Of a stretch of DNA of 64,000 nucleotides, positions 8,471-18,758 are shown piece after piece. A program made the position numbers and the translations under genes. Each line of letters begins with the position of its first letter. Positions within the stretch are counted from its first letter, which is position 1. The notes beneath the pieces were generated by a model. That model searched no databases, was not told the DNA's origin, and saw only the letters and a list, made by a program, of their open reading frames with translations. Origin of the DNA: Clostridium sp. CAG:762 (GTDB taxonomy: Bacteria > Bacillota_I > Bacilli_A > RF39 > UBA660); contig HF996781.1 in assembly GCA_000432575.1 (NCBI GenBank), positions 129 to 64,128 on the forward strand, read 5' to 3'.

Positions 8471-10681
8471 ATGTTAAAACTTAAAAACGTATCAAAGTTT
8501 TATTATCAAAAAGGTATTATTACCAGTGGCTTTTCCAAGGTAAACCTAGAATTTAAAATGGGTGAGTTCGTGGCTATCACTGGAGAATCTGGAAGTGGTA
8601 AATCAACTTTGTTAAATGTTATTTCAGGTCTTGATAGTTACGAAGAAGGAGAATTATATATAAATGGTTGTGAAACCAGTCATTATAATGAATTTGATTT
8701 TGAAAATTACCGCAAAAAATACATTGCTAATATATTTCAAAATTTTAATCTTATTAATAGTTATACAGTTTATCAAAATGTAGAATTAATATTATTACTT
8801 AACGGTTATAAGAAGAAAGATATTCATGACAAAATAATGAATTTAATTGATAAAGTAGGTTTATCAAAATACAAAAATACAAAAGTATCTAAATTATCGG
8901 GTGGCCAAAAACAAAGAGTGGCTATTGCTCGTGCATTAGCCAAGGAGACACCTATAATCGTCGCAGACGAACCAACGGGAAATTTAGATAAAAAATCAGC
9001 AGATAGTGTTTTAAAACTTCTTAGCGAAATATCTAAAGATAAATTAGTTATAGTAGTAACGCATAACTATGACCAAGTTATCCCTTATGTAACAAGAAAA
9101 ATTAAAATGCATGATGGTAAGGTTGTTGAAGATATCGAAATAAAGAAGGTAAATAGTAAAGATGAAGCAAAATTATATGAATGTAAAAATATAACATTGT
9201 TAAGTAAATTAATTTTAGGTATTAGAAATACTTATAATGTTGTTCCTAAATTCTTGTTGTTATTTTTGGTTTACTTTTTCTTAACTTTAACTTTAGTAGG
9301 AGAGTATACTGGATATAAAGCCACAAAATACGAAAGTAGTTTGCAAGGGTATAACTCATTTTTTAATGATACTTCTACTAAAAGAATAGTTTTAAAGAAA
9401 AAAGATAAAACTTCTTTTACGGATGCTGACTTTGAGAAAATTAGAAATGTAGGCAATGTAAAAAATATTATAGAAAATGATTTATTGGTAGATAGTACTG
9501 TATATATACAAGGTGATAATTTTTATTTAAATGGTGTAGTTAGAGATATAAATACATTTGAAGGAAAACTTACTAAAGGGAGAATGCCTGAAAATGAAAA
9601 TGAAATTGTTGTATTAACAGCTTTTGATAATCATGATAATATACTGAATAAAACTGTTGATAATATTTATTTATTTAACAATGATTATCTTATTCAAACA
9701 GGAAAACTTACTATTGTTGGAATAAAACAAGTAGAAGGATATTTTAACGGTTATGAGGCTTATTTCTATATGAATAATAGTATTATTAATGAAATAAGTA
9801 AATATACAAAAATACAATACAATACTACATATACAATTATTAATGAGCACTACTTAAAGTCTGGTATTTATGCTTATAATAATATGTTGTATCCTAGTAG
9901 CAAAGTAAGCCAAGGATGTATGATTATTCCTGAAGAATTATCTTATTATTGCAAGAATGCTAATTGTAAAAACACAACTGCTACAGTTAATACTGAAAAT
10001 ATATATTATGAAGATACTACTAATTATAATATAACAAATACCTACGACAAAAAAACATTTAATAATTATGTAGATAACTTAGATTATGATAATCATAATG
10101 GAATCATTATTATTAATGATAATGACTATTATAATATATTTAATCATGGTAATTATCAAAGTAGTGTATTTATAGAAAATGAAAAAGAAGTTAAAGATAC
10201 TTTAAATAAATTAGAAGATATGGGTTATAAAACGTTATATTTAAAAGATACTCTAGCTAATCCTAGTGAAGATTTTGAGATTATTGCTAATGTATTTATT
10301 GCAATAATTATAATAATTTTAGTGTTATTTGTTTTCTTTATAACATATTTTATAGTTAAATTAATTTTGAAATCAAGAAATGTTTATTTTTCTACGGTAA
10401 GAATTTTAGGTGCTACCAAAAAAACCATTAAAGAACTTATTGATATTGAATTATTTAATGTGGCTACACTTTCTTATTTAGTGGTAATTATATTTATTAT
10501 GCTTTCAAAATTTAACATAATAAAAATTAATGAAGTTAAAGAATTGGCAATTTATTTAAAATTAAGTGATTATATAATTTTATATATATCTTTAATCATA
10601 ATATCTAAGTTATTATCCGTTAGATTCTCTAAGAGTATGTTTACAAAATCCGCGATGAAAACAATAAAGGAGGAAGTATAA
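8471..10681 (+). CDS. ABC transporter ATP-binding protein fused to FtsX-like permease (MacB-type architecture)
   Basis: Walker A GESGSGKST, signature LSGGQKQRVAIARAL, Walker B IVADEPTGNLD. Followed by a TM helix, a large extracytoplasmic domain and C-terminal FtsX-like TM helices. Confidence 0.8.
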   Translation: MLKLKNVSKFYYQKGIITSGFSKVNLEFKMGEFVAITGESGSGKSTLLNVISGLDSYEEGELYINGCETSHYNEFDFENYRKKYIANIFQNFNLINSYTVYQNVELILLLNGYKKKDIHDKIMNLIDKVGLSKYKNTKVSKLSGGQKQRVAIARALAKETPIIVADEPTGNLDKKSADSVLKLLSEISKDKLVIVVTHNYDQVIPYVTRKIKMHDGKVVEDIEIKKVNSKDEAKLYECKNITLLSKLILGIRNTYNVVPKFLLLFLVYFFLTLTLVGEYTGYKATKYESSLQGYNSFFNDTSTKRIVLKKKDKTSFTDADFEKIRNVGNVKNIIENDLLVDSTVYIQGDNFYLNGVVRDINTFEGKLTKGRMPENENEIVVLTAFDNHDNILNKTVDNIYLFNNDYLIQTGKLTIVGIKQVEGYFNGYEAYFYMNNSIINEISKYTKIQYNTTYTIINEHYLKSGIYAYNNMLYPSSKVSQGCMIIPEELSYYCKNANCKNTTATVNTENIYYEDTTNYNITNTYDKKTFNNYVDNLDYDNHNGIIIINDNDYYNIFNHGNYQSSVFIENEKEVKDTLNKLEDMGYKTLYLKDTLANPSEDFEIIANVFIAIIIIILVLFVFFITYFIVKLILKSRNVYFSTVRILGATKKTIKELIDIELFNVATLSYLVVIIFIMLSKFNIIKINEVKELAIYLKLSDYIILYISLIIISKLLSVRFSKSMFTKSAMKTIKEEV

Positions 10682-10682
10682 T

Positions 10683-13190
10683 ATGATAAAATTAGAAAAT
10701 GTTAATAAGTATTTTAACTATCACAAGAAAAATGAAATTCATGTTATTGATAATACTTCCTTAGAATTTGGAGAGAAATCTCTCGTGGCTTTACTTGGTG
10801 AATCAGGAAGTGGTAAGACAACTTTACTTAATACAATTGGTGGTTTAGATAATGTTACAAGTGGTAATATTTATATTAATGGAGAAAAAATAACAAGATT
10901 CTCTACTGGTAAAATAGATGAAATACGTAATTTAAATATTGGTTATATTTTTCAAAATTATTATTTAGTAGAAGATATGACTGTTTATGATAATGTTAGT
11001 TTAGTTTTAAAGATGCTTGGTATTAAAGATAAGGAAGAAATTAAAAAAAGAGTAGATTATTGTTTAGATAAAGTGGGAATGTATAGATATAGAAATAGAT
11101 TAGCAAGTATGTTATCAGGCGGAGAAAGGCAAAGAGTAGGTATTGCTAGAGCTATTGTAAAGAATCCTAATATTATCATTGCAGATGAACCAACAGGGAA
11201 TTTAGATAGTAAAAATACTTTAGAAATAATGAATATTATAAAATCTATTTCTAAAGAAAAACTAGTAATTCTAGTAACTCATGAAAAAGAATTAGCAAAC
11301 TTTTATGCTGATAGGATTATAAATATTAGTGATGGTAAGGTAATAAGTGATAAAATAAATAAAAACAATTTAGATTTAGATTATCAAATGGACAATAAGA
11401 TTTATTTAAAGGATATAGAAAAGAAGACTAATTTTAATAAGGATAATTTAAATATTAATTGTTATGGAGATAAGAAAATAGATTTGGATATTGTTGTCAA
11501 AGATAATAATATTTATATAAAAAGTAATAACTTAAAACATATAAAAGTAGTAGATAATAATTCTAGTGTTGAATTTGTTAATGACCACTACAAAAAAATA
11601 ACCAAAGATACTGTAAATAAATATAAATTTGATTTTGATAAAATTATAAATAATAATATTAAATATAAGTATAGTTCTATTTTTAATTTATTTACTTTGA
11701 TTAAAAATGGTATAAAAAAACTAATGAATTATACGGTGCTTAAAAAAATATTGTTAATAGGTTTCTTCATATCGGCTATGTTTATCTTATATTCGACAAG
11801 TAATATATTTGGTGTTTTAAATATAAAAGATAGTAAATTTGTTACTAAGAATAAGGAATATATTGATGCTAAAACAGGTAAGTTAGATGTAGACAAGGTA
11901 TTGGAAATAGAAAAAAATGAGGATATTAGTTATGTGCTCCCTGGTAGTTCTAAGGTAACACTTATTTATCAATATAATGATTATTATCAAAGTACTATGG
12001 TAGGAGATAAGTTTACAGGTTCTTTAAGTTCTATCAATTTAATAAATGAAAATGATTTAATATATGGTGAGATGCCTAAGGAATTAAATGATATTGTAGT
12101 AGATAAAATAGTTATTGAAAATATGTTTAAAACTAATCATGGTAAAAATGTAGGTATTTACAAAGTCGAAGATATGGTGGGTAAATATGTTAATATGAAG
12201 TATGAAGGTATTGACACAGCATATAAATATCCTAAATATAGAATTGTAGGTATAGTATCTAAGGATAGTCCATCTATTTATACAGATAATAGTTTATTTA
12301 TAAATATAATTGCTAATGCTAAGTATGATGGTTATGATGATTATACTAAGTATGATGTGGTTAATGAATATAGTACTATGGAAGCAAGTACTGGAATAGA
12401 AAATATATATGGAGAAAATTATATGTTTGACTATGAACTATTAAAAGACCAAATACAAATAAAGGAAGGTAGAGCTCCTATAAATGATTATGAAGCAATA
12501 GTAAGTGATAGTTATAAAGAAGAGTATAAATTGAATAAGGAAGCAGAAATCAAGGTAAATGGCAAAAAATTAAAAGTAGTAGGATATTATTTTGATAAAT
12601 ATCAAACTAATTATGTATTTGTAAATAATAATACAATAAAATATGGTTTAATAGCCAATAATAGTAGTTTATCTATTATAGCTAAAAATAATGATAAGGA
12701 TAAAGTAATAGCTTATTTAAAGAATAAGGGAATGTATGCTTATGATTCTTATGCCGATAGTAGATATAAGTATATAAAAGAAATTAAAAAGACAATATTT
12801 TCTAGAATTTTATCAGCATCAATTATGTTAATTATTTCTTTGGTGGAAATATTCTTAATTATAAGATCTTCGTTTTTATCAAGAATTAAGGAAGTCGGTA
12901 TTTATAGGGCAATTGGTGTTAAAAGAAAAGATATATACAAGATGTTTTTAGGAGAAATACTATCTATTACAACAATAGCAAGTATGCCCGGTTATTTAAT
13001 CATGGCTTTAATCTTAAAGAAAATGTCTAGTTTACCTTTCGTGGGTTCAAACTATGTATTTAATGCTAATGTCTTGATTTTGAGTGTAGTTTTAATCTAT
13101 TTATTTAATATAATAGTAGGTTTATTGCCAGTATATAATGTTATTAGGAAAACACCAGCTCAAATACTTGCAAGAAATGACATTGAATAA
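10683..13190 (+). CDS. ABC transporter ATP-binding protein fused to FtsX-like permease (paralog of upstream gene)
   Basis: GESGSGKTT, LSGGERQRVGIARAI, IIADEPTGNLD. C-terminal FtsX-like TM region (GVKRKDIYKMFLGE). Start is 2 nt after the upstream stop. Confidence 0.8.
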   Translation: MIKLENVNKYFNYHKKNEIHVIDNTSLEFGEKSLVALLGESGSGKTTLLNTIGGLDNVTSGNIYINGEKITRFSTGKIDEIRNLNIGYIFQNYYLVEDMTVYDNVSLVLKMLGIKDKEEIKKRVDYCLDKVGMYRYRNRLASMLSGGERQRVGIARAIVKNPNIIIADEPTGNLDSKNTLEIMNIIKSISKEKLVILVTHEKELANFYADRIINISDGKVISDKINKNNLDLDYQMDNKIYLKDIEKKTNFNKDNLNINCYGDKKIDLDIVVKDNNIYIKSNNLKHIKVVDNNSSVEFVNDHYKKITKDTVNKYKFDFDKIINNNIKYKYSSIFNLFTLIKNGIKKLMNYTVLKKILLIGFFISAMFILYSTSNIFGVLNIKDSKFVTKNKEYIDAKTGKLDVDKVLEIEKNEDISYVLPGSSKVTLIYQYNDYYQSTMVGDKFTGSLSSINLINENDLIYGEMPKELNDIVVDKIVIENMFKTNHGKNVGIYKVEDMVGKYVNMKYEGIDTAYKYPKYRIVGIVSKDSPSIYTDNSLFINIIANAKYDGYDDYTKYDVVNEYSTMEASTGIENIYGENYMFDYELLKDQIQIKEGRAPINDYEAIVSDSYKEEYKLNKEAEIKVNGKKLKVVGYYFDKYQTNYVFVNNNTIKYGLIANNSSLSIIAKNNDKDKVIAYLKNKGMYAYDSYADSRYKYIKEIKKTIFSRILSASIMLIISLVEIFLIIRSSFLSRIKEVGIYRAIGVKRKDIYKMFLGEILSITTIASMPGYLIMALILKKMSSLPFVGSNYVFNANVLILSVVLIYLFNIIVGLLPVYNVIRKTPAQILARNDIE

Positions 13191-13199
13191 ATAAATTAC

Positions 13200-13240
13200 T
13201 AATAAGAAATTACTTCTTATTAGTTTTTATTATTAAATAG
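13200..13240 (+). terminator. rho-independent terminator after the ABC pair
   Basis: CTAATAAGAA-ATTA-CTTCTTATTAG forms a 10-bp hairpin, followed by TTTTTATT. Confidence 0.6.
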
Positions 13241-13404
13241 GAAAGTTCTTTGTTTGAAAATAACGGATCGATTAAGGTATCATAATAGTCTTTAAGTATT
13301 AATTATATGCTAAATTATATTTCAATTGTTATATTTGATTAACAGTGATAAGGATTATTATATTATAGGTAAGTTTTTTAATTTGAAAATAATAAAGGGA
13401 GTTA

Positions 13405-13446
13405 AATAAAAAAACACCAATAAGAAACGAGTTCTTATTAGTGTTT
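13405..13446 (-). terminator. rho-independent terminator of the minus-strand XRE gene
   Basis: Read on the minus strand: AACACTAATAAGAAC-TCG-TTTCTTATTGGTGTT followed by TTTTTT. Confidence 0.55.
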
Positions 13447-13478
13447 GCATTGCAAAATTACTAGATATGTTATATAAA

Positions 13479-13919
13479 TTATTCATTTATTTTATTACAC
13501 AATTTGGACAAAGAAACTTTAAAATATTTAGAAAATTTATATAGATTTGAGGTTGATATTGCTATCAAACCATTCTCATATCTAGCAACACATGCTTGAG
13601 TTACACCGAGTAAATTAGCTATATTTTCTTGAGACAATTTATGTTTAGTTCTAATTTCTTTCATATTTTTACCAAGTGCTTTTAAACTAAAACCTTTAAT
13701 TAGGTTAGTTTTTGTTCTTGAATTGGTAAGTCCTAAAACATAATCAATAGTATAGTTAAAATAATCGGCAAAATCACTCAAGTGCTTAATGGGAATAATG
13801 TTAATGCCTAACTCCCACAAAGAATATGTCGAACGGTTAACACCTAAAATGTTCGCCATATCTTTTTGAGTGATATCATGATCTTCCCTGATATCTCTCA
13901 TTTTAGAAAAATTAATCAT
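13479..13919 (-). CDS. XRE-family regulator with two tandem HTH domains
   Basis: HTH 1: ITQKDMANILGVNRSTYSLWE. HTH 2: LSQENIANLLGVTQACVARYE. Divergent from the 14049 gene. Confidence 0.7.
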   Translation of the reverse strand: MINFSKMRDIREDHDITQKDMANILGVNRSTYSLWELGINIIPIKHLSDFADYFNYTIDYVLGLTNSRTKTNLIKGFSLKALGKNMKEIRTKHKLSQENIANLLGVTQACVARYENGLIAISTSNLYKFSKYFKVSLSKLCNKINE

Positions 13920-14002
13920 ACAACTTCACCTATATTTAATTTTCCCATTAATATAAAAATTATTTGCATTTTGCTATTTTAAGTTATTTATTTTTTTAAA
14001 AA

Positions 14003-14015
14003 TGTGATATAATAT
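14003..14015 (+). promoter_or_regulatory. extended -10 promoter element (TGaTATAAT) for gene 14049
   Basis: AAATGTGATATAATATT lies 35 nt upstream of the RBS AGGGGGATTG. Confidence 0.45.
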
Positions 14016-14048
14016 TTTTTATATTATTTTTAGGGGGATTGTATATAA

Positions 14049-14327
14049 ATGATAAATACCGAAGAAAAAGTATTAGATTTATGTTTAACACATGAACTTA
14101 TAATGGCTAATAATTATATTAAGGCTTTATTAGAAGAAATAAATGTATATGAAACTAGAAAAAAATGGCTTTTGGAAAGCAAACCAAGTTGCTATAGAAA
14201 AAAGAAATTAGAATTGTATCAAAAAGAAGTTATTGCGCTTGATGCTAAAATATGTCATTATTATCAAGAGTTGGAGCGTGAAATTGAACTTAATATAAAA
14301 ATGGGGACAGTTTTAAAAGATGAATAA
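14049..14327 (+). CDS. hypothetical protein (92 aa, helical/coiled-coil)
   Basis: Strong RBS AGGGGGA. No known motif. Confidence 0.5.
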   Translation: MINTEEKVLDLCLTHELIMANNYIKALLEEINVYETRKKWLLESKPSCYRKKKLELYQKEVIALDAKICHYYQELEREIELNIKMGTVLKDE

Positions 14328-14484
14328 GAATAATTTATTATGTAATATAATGTGTATAATGTTAAAATAGTTGTAATAACTAGGAATACTTATACTTTTT
14401 TCTTAATAATTAAATTATTTCTTGCTTTAGAAGATATAATATTGTATAATAAATTTGTAAATAAAAAAAAGTTAGGTGATTATA

Positions 14485-14841
14485 GTGATTAATATTTTAT
14501 CTTGTCCAGCACCATATAATAAGTTAGAACCAGTTTTTTCTTTAATCGTCGATATTATTGGTATTTTAAAAATTGCTGTACCAATTATTTTGATTTTATA
14601 TGGCATGATTGATTTTAGTAAGGCTGTATTAGGTAAAGATGAAACTGAGATTAAAAAGGCTCAAATGATGTTTGTTAAAAGAGCTATATATGCTGTGGCG
14701 GTATTCTTTGTCGTTACTTTAGTTAGTTTAATTATGTCGCTTGTAGCTAAATATGTTCATGATAATACTGATGTTAATGCTGAAAGTTGGATAGACTGTT
14801 TTGGCTTTACAGATACTATATCTACTAAGGAGGTATACTAA
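14485..14841 (+). CDS. small two-TM membrane protein, pilin-like (TrbC/VirB2-like topology); paralog A
   Basis: Two hydrophobic helices flank a short loop ..FSKAVLGKDETEIKKAQMMFVKRA... Paralogous to the next ORF. GTG start with RBS AGGTGA. Confidence 0.5.
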   Translation: MINILSCPAPYNKLEPVFSLIVDIIGILKIAVPIILILYGMIDFSKAVLGKDETEIKKAQMMFVKRAIYAVAVFFVVTLVSLIMSLVAKYVHDNTDVNAESWIDCFGFTDTISTKEVY

Positions 14842-15230
14842 TGATATATTTTTTAGAATGCGATTGTTTGATTAGACCTACTATTTATATTATTAAGACG
14901 GTATATAATATTGTAAAGATATTGGTTCCAGTAGGTATTGTTTTATTTGGTATGCTTGAATTAATTAAGGCTGTTATGTCAAAGGATGATGCGGCAATTA
15001 AAAAGACACAGACCTCCTTAATAAATAAGGTAATCGCGGGTGTTATAATATTCTTTATTTTTATCGTTGTCGACTTATCGTTGACATTACTAGAGAAAAA
15101 TAATGTTGATGTAGGAGATTGGCTATCTTGTTGGCAAAATCCAGGAACGGTAGATAGTTCTTGCACAAATAAACAAAATCAAGGTGGAAATTCAGTAAAT
15201 GGAGGAATAGATCCTAGCAAACAAAAATAA
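14841..15230 (+). CDS. small two-TM membrane protein, paralog B
   Basis: Same architecture (..LIKAVMSKDDAAIKKTQTSLINKV..). RBS GGAGGT. Start overlaps the upstream stop. Confidence 0.5.
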   Translation: MIYFLECDCLIRPTIYIIKTVYNIVKILVPVGIVLFGMLELIKAVMSKDDAAIKKTQTSLINKVIAGVIIFFIFIVVDLSLTLLEKNNVDVGDWLSCWQNPGTVDSSCTNKQNQGGNSVNGGIDPSKQK

Positions 15231-15331
15231 GAGATTTATTTCCCTTTTTTTGTCAAATGAAAATATTTTGTTCATTAATAATGCAAAATATTCTTTTTTT
15301 TGTTATAATGTTATAGTAAGGTCGTGAGGTT

Positions 15332-17380
15332 ATGAAGAAAAAAATACTTTTAATAATTTTATTTCTTTTAATTATGACGATGCCCACGGAAACTGAAGCA
15401 TCTGTAAGTAGTTTAATTGGTATGCAAGCCAAAGTAGAATGTGTTACTGCCTTAGGAGGCATAAATGTAAGAAAGTTACCAACCTCACAAAGTACTAAAA
15501 TAGGAACTTTAACTTGTAGTGATATATTTACTATTTTGGATGATAAGGCTGGCAGTAATGATAGTTGTTATGACTGGTATAAAGTAAAATATGGTAATAA
15601 TAAAATAGGATATACATGTGGTAAATATGTGGAACCAATATATGAGAACAAATTATCTGTAGCTGAGACCGAAAATTATAAGGCAAAGTTAAGAGAAGCA
15701 AAATTTCCTGAAAATTATTTGGATTATCTAGTTTTATTACATAATAGGTTTCCTAATTGGGAGTTTGAGGCCTCACTAACTAATTTAAACTTTAATGATA
15801 TTATAAACAATGAATTAGGTGGTAAAAGTTTAATTTATTATACATATAATGAAGATTATCGTTCAAAGGAAGAGGAATCTTATAATTATCTAACTGATTC
15901 ATATAATCGTCATCCTACAGAGAAGAGTTGGTGGTATGCTTCTCGAGAAGCTATTTCATATTTTTTAGATCCAAGAATATATTTAAATGAAAATTATATC
16001 TATATTTTTGAAAAGTTAAATTATGATAAGAATTTTCATACTAAAGATTCAGTTACCAATATGCTAAGTGGTTCATTTTTGCCAAGAATAGAACCTAATT
16101 ATGCTGATATTATTATTGCTTCAGCAGATAAATATGGTGTTAGTCCTATTCATTTATCTTCAAGAATATTACAAGAACAAGGAAATGAAGGAAGTATTTC
16201 TTCTTTAGGTGGAGAGTTTAGTTATCAAGGAAAATCTTACAGAGGATATTATAATCTTTTCAATATTGGTGCTTATTCTTCTGATCCTAATTATTCACCT
16301 GCCATTATGGGGTTAGTGAATGCTATGGGAGGGGTTAATCAAAGTGATAAATCTTATGGGAAACCTTGGAATACTGTAGAAAAGTCTATAAATGGCGGGG
16401 CAGAGTTTTTAGCAGAGGGTTATATTTCAAAGGGTCAAGCTACTTTATATTATCAAAAATGGGATGTATCACCTACATCTAAAACGAAATATACGCATCA
16501 GTTTATGGCTAACATTACAGCACCTGCGACGGAAGCCTTAAAAACGGCTCAAGTATATAAAAAAATGGCAACTATTTATGATCAAAAATTAACTTTTCAA
16601 ATACCCGTTTTTACTGAAGGATTACCTAATGAAGTGCAAACACATCCAGAAAATACTAATCCAAATAACTATTTAAGTGATTTAAAAATAAATGATAAAA
16701 CAATAGATAATTTTAATACAGATGTCTTAGAATACAATTATATTGTTAATAAAAATGTAGATGCTCTTACTATCGGGGCCACTACGATTAGTAATAAGGC
16801 TAAGGTTACAACAGGTAATTATCCTTTAACGAACGAAACTAGACAAGTTCTTGAAGTTGTGGTTACAGCTTTGAATGGAGATAAACGTATTTATAAAATA
16901 AATGTTACTAAGATAGATGATGGTACAATTATTAAGCCAATCGAAGATATTTTAAATAATGTATCTGTTAAATTTAATGATAAATATATAAGTGGTATAA
17001 ATGTAGGTACTGACATATCTAAGTTAACTAATAATATTAATAACTATGCAAATACTAATAATACTAAAATTACCATAAGTTATAAAGATTATCAAGGAAA
17101 TATTAAAACTTCTGGTTCATTTAAGACAGGAGATGTTGTAATAATTAACAATGGTATAAAGGATTATACTTATGAAATAGTTATTAAAGGAGATCTTGAT
17201 AAAGATGGAGAAGTAACTATCTTAGACTTGTTATTTATGAAAAAAATAATTCTTAATTCGATATCGTCAAATAATTTGGAAAGAATGGCAGGAGATATTG
17301 ATTTGGATGGTAAAGTAACAATTTTAGATTTATTAGAACTAAAAAAAGATATTTTAAATACTAAAAAAATAATTCAATAG
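15332..17380 (+). CDS. secreted multidomain cell-wall hydrolase: signal peptide, SH3b-like, glucosaminidase-like, cadherin-like beta-sandwich, C-terminal type I dockerin
   Basis: Signal peptide MKKKILLIILFLLIMTMPTETEA. Glucosaminidase-type LQEQGNEGS..YYNLFNIGAY. Cadherin-like LSDLKINDKTIDNFNTDVLEYNYIV. Duplicated Ca-binding dockerin segments GDLDKDGEVTILDLLFMKK and GDIDLDGKVTILDLLELKK. Confidence 0.65.
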   Translation: MKKKILLIILFLLIMTMPTETEASVSSLIGMQAKVECVTALGGINVRKLPTSQSTKIGTLTCSDIFTILDDKAGSNDSCYDWYKVKYGNNKIGYTCGKYVEPIYENKLSVAETENYKAKLREAKFPENYLDYLVLLHNRFPNWEFEASLTNLNFNDIINNELGGKSLIYYTYNEDYRSKEEESYNYLTDSYNRHPTEKSWWYASREAISYFLDPRIYLNENYIYIFEKLNYDKNFHTKDSVTNMLSGSFLPRIEPNYADIIIASADKYGVSPIHLSSRILQEQGNEGSISSLGGEFSYQGKSYRGYYNLFNIGAYSSDPNYSPAIMGLVNAMGGVNQSDKSYGKPWNTVEKSINGGAEFLAEGYISKGQATLYYQKWDVSPTSKTKYTHQFMANITAPATEALKTAQVYKKMATIYDQKLTFQIPVFTEGLPNEVQTHPENTNPNNYLSDLKINDKTIDNFNTDVLEYNYIVNKNVDALTIGATTISNKAKVTTGNYPLTNETRQVLEVVVTALNGDKRIYKINVTKIDDGTIIKPIEDILNNVSVKFNDKYISGINVGTDISKLTNNINNYANTNNTKITISYKDYQGNIKTSGSFKTGDVVIINNGIKDYTYEIVIKGDLDKDGEVTILDLLFMKKIILNSISSNNLERMAGDIDLDGKVTILDLLELKKDILNTKKIIQ

Positions 17381-17389
17381 GAGGAAGAA

Positions 17390-18691
17390 ATGAGAAAAAG
17401 AATAATTAATATCTTATTTGGTGTTATAATGACTTTTGTGTTTATGGTGCCAGTTAAGGCCTCGAGTGTTAACATGAAAATTACATCTAATAAAAGTACT
17501 GTTATTGTAGGAAATAATGTTATAGTAACTTTAACTATATCTTCAAATAAGCCACTTGGTTCTTGGGTATACTCGCTTAATTATGATAAAAATAAGTTTT
17601 CTTATATTGCTGGTAATTATTCATTAAGTGAGACAGATGCTGGTGATGGTAAAAAAACTAAAGTGAGTTATACATATACTTTTAAAGCAAAAGCAAGTGG
17701 AACTGCAAAGTTTTATTTAACTAATTATCAGGCATCTTTATGGAGTGGAACTGGATATGCTAGTGTAAATGTTGGGACTAGCAGTGTTAAAGTAATGACT
17801 CAAGCAGAATTGGAAGCTACTTATTCAAAGAATAATTATCTAAAAACATTAACTATCGAAGGTCATGAAATAAGTTTTAATAAGGATATATTAGAATATA
17901 ATATAGAGTTAGAAAACGATGTAACTGCAATTAATATAAGTGCTACGCCTGAAGATAATAAATCTACTGTAGTAGGTACTGGAACAAGAGAAGTAAGCGA
18001 AGGCAATAACAAAATAGAAATTGTCGTAACGGCTCAGAATGGTAATACAAAGACTTATATAATAAATGCTTTAGTGAAAGAATTGACTCCAGTAAATGTT
18101 AAAATTAATGATAAAGATTATTCAGTAATTAGAAAAGAAGGAGTTCTTGAAGTCCCTCAAAATTATGAAAAAACAAGTGTAATTATTAATAATGAAGAAG
18201 TATTGGCATATAAAAATGATATAACGAAATATGTTTTAGTGGGATTAAAAGATAGTGAAGGAAATGGTAATTATTATATTTATAATGAAGGGGATAACAG
18301 TTATACATTATATAGAGAACTTCATTTTAATAAATTAAATATTGTTATAAAAGATTATAATGGTAAAATACCTGATAAATATAAAAAAACTGTTATTGCG
18401 ATTAATGAAGAAGAAGTTGCTGCTTATAAGTTAAAAGAAGCAAGTGATTATGCTTTAATATATGGTATGAATACTGATACGGGTGAAGAAAATCTATATA
18501 TATATGATAGAGTAGAGCATACGGTTTTAAGATATAATGATGAAGAGGCAAATATTTATAAAAAATTGGCTAATAATTATTTTTTATATTTAATTTGTTT
18601 GGTAATTGGAGTATCGTTAGGTATATTAGTTATTACTATAATATCTATTTTGAGGCATAAAAAAAAGAATAAATTTAAATTATATTCATAA
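17390..18691 (+). CDS. surface protein with cadherin-like beta-sandwich domain(s) and C-terminal TM anchor
   Basis: Signal peptide. LKTLTIEGHEISFNKDILEYNIELENDVTAINISA cadherin-like module. C-terminal LYLICLVIGVSLGILVITIISILRHKKKNK anchor. Confidence 0.55.
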   Translation: MRKRIINILFGVIMTFVFMVPVKASSVNMKITSNKSTVIVGNNVIVTLTISSNKPLGSWVYSLNYDKNKFSYIAGNYSLSETDAGDGKKTKVSYTYTFKAKASGTAKFYLTNYQASLWSGTGYASVNVGTSSVKVMTQAELEATYSKNNYLKTLTIEGHEISFNKDILEYNIELENDVTAINISATPEDNKSTVVGTGTREVSEGNNKIEIVVTAQNGNTKTYIINALVKELTPVNVKINDKDYSVIRKEGVLEVPQNYEKTSVIINNEEVLAYKNDITKYVLVGLKDSEGNGNYYIYNEGDNSYTLYRELHFNKLNIVIKDYNGKIPDKYKKTVIAINEEEVAAYKLKEASDYALIYGMNTDTGEENLYIYDRVEHTVLRYNDEEANIYKKLANNYFLYLICLVIGVSLGILVITIISILRHKKKNKFKLYS

Positions 18692-18758
18692 GATGTATTA
18701 GTATTAGAATAAAATCTAATATCAAAGGAAGATTACAAGGATTTGTGTCTTTCTTTTT

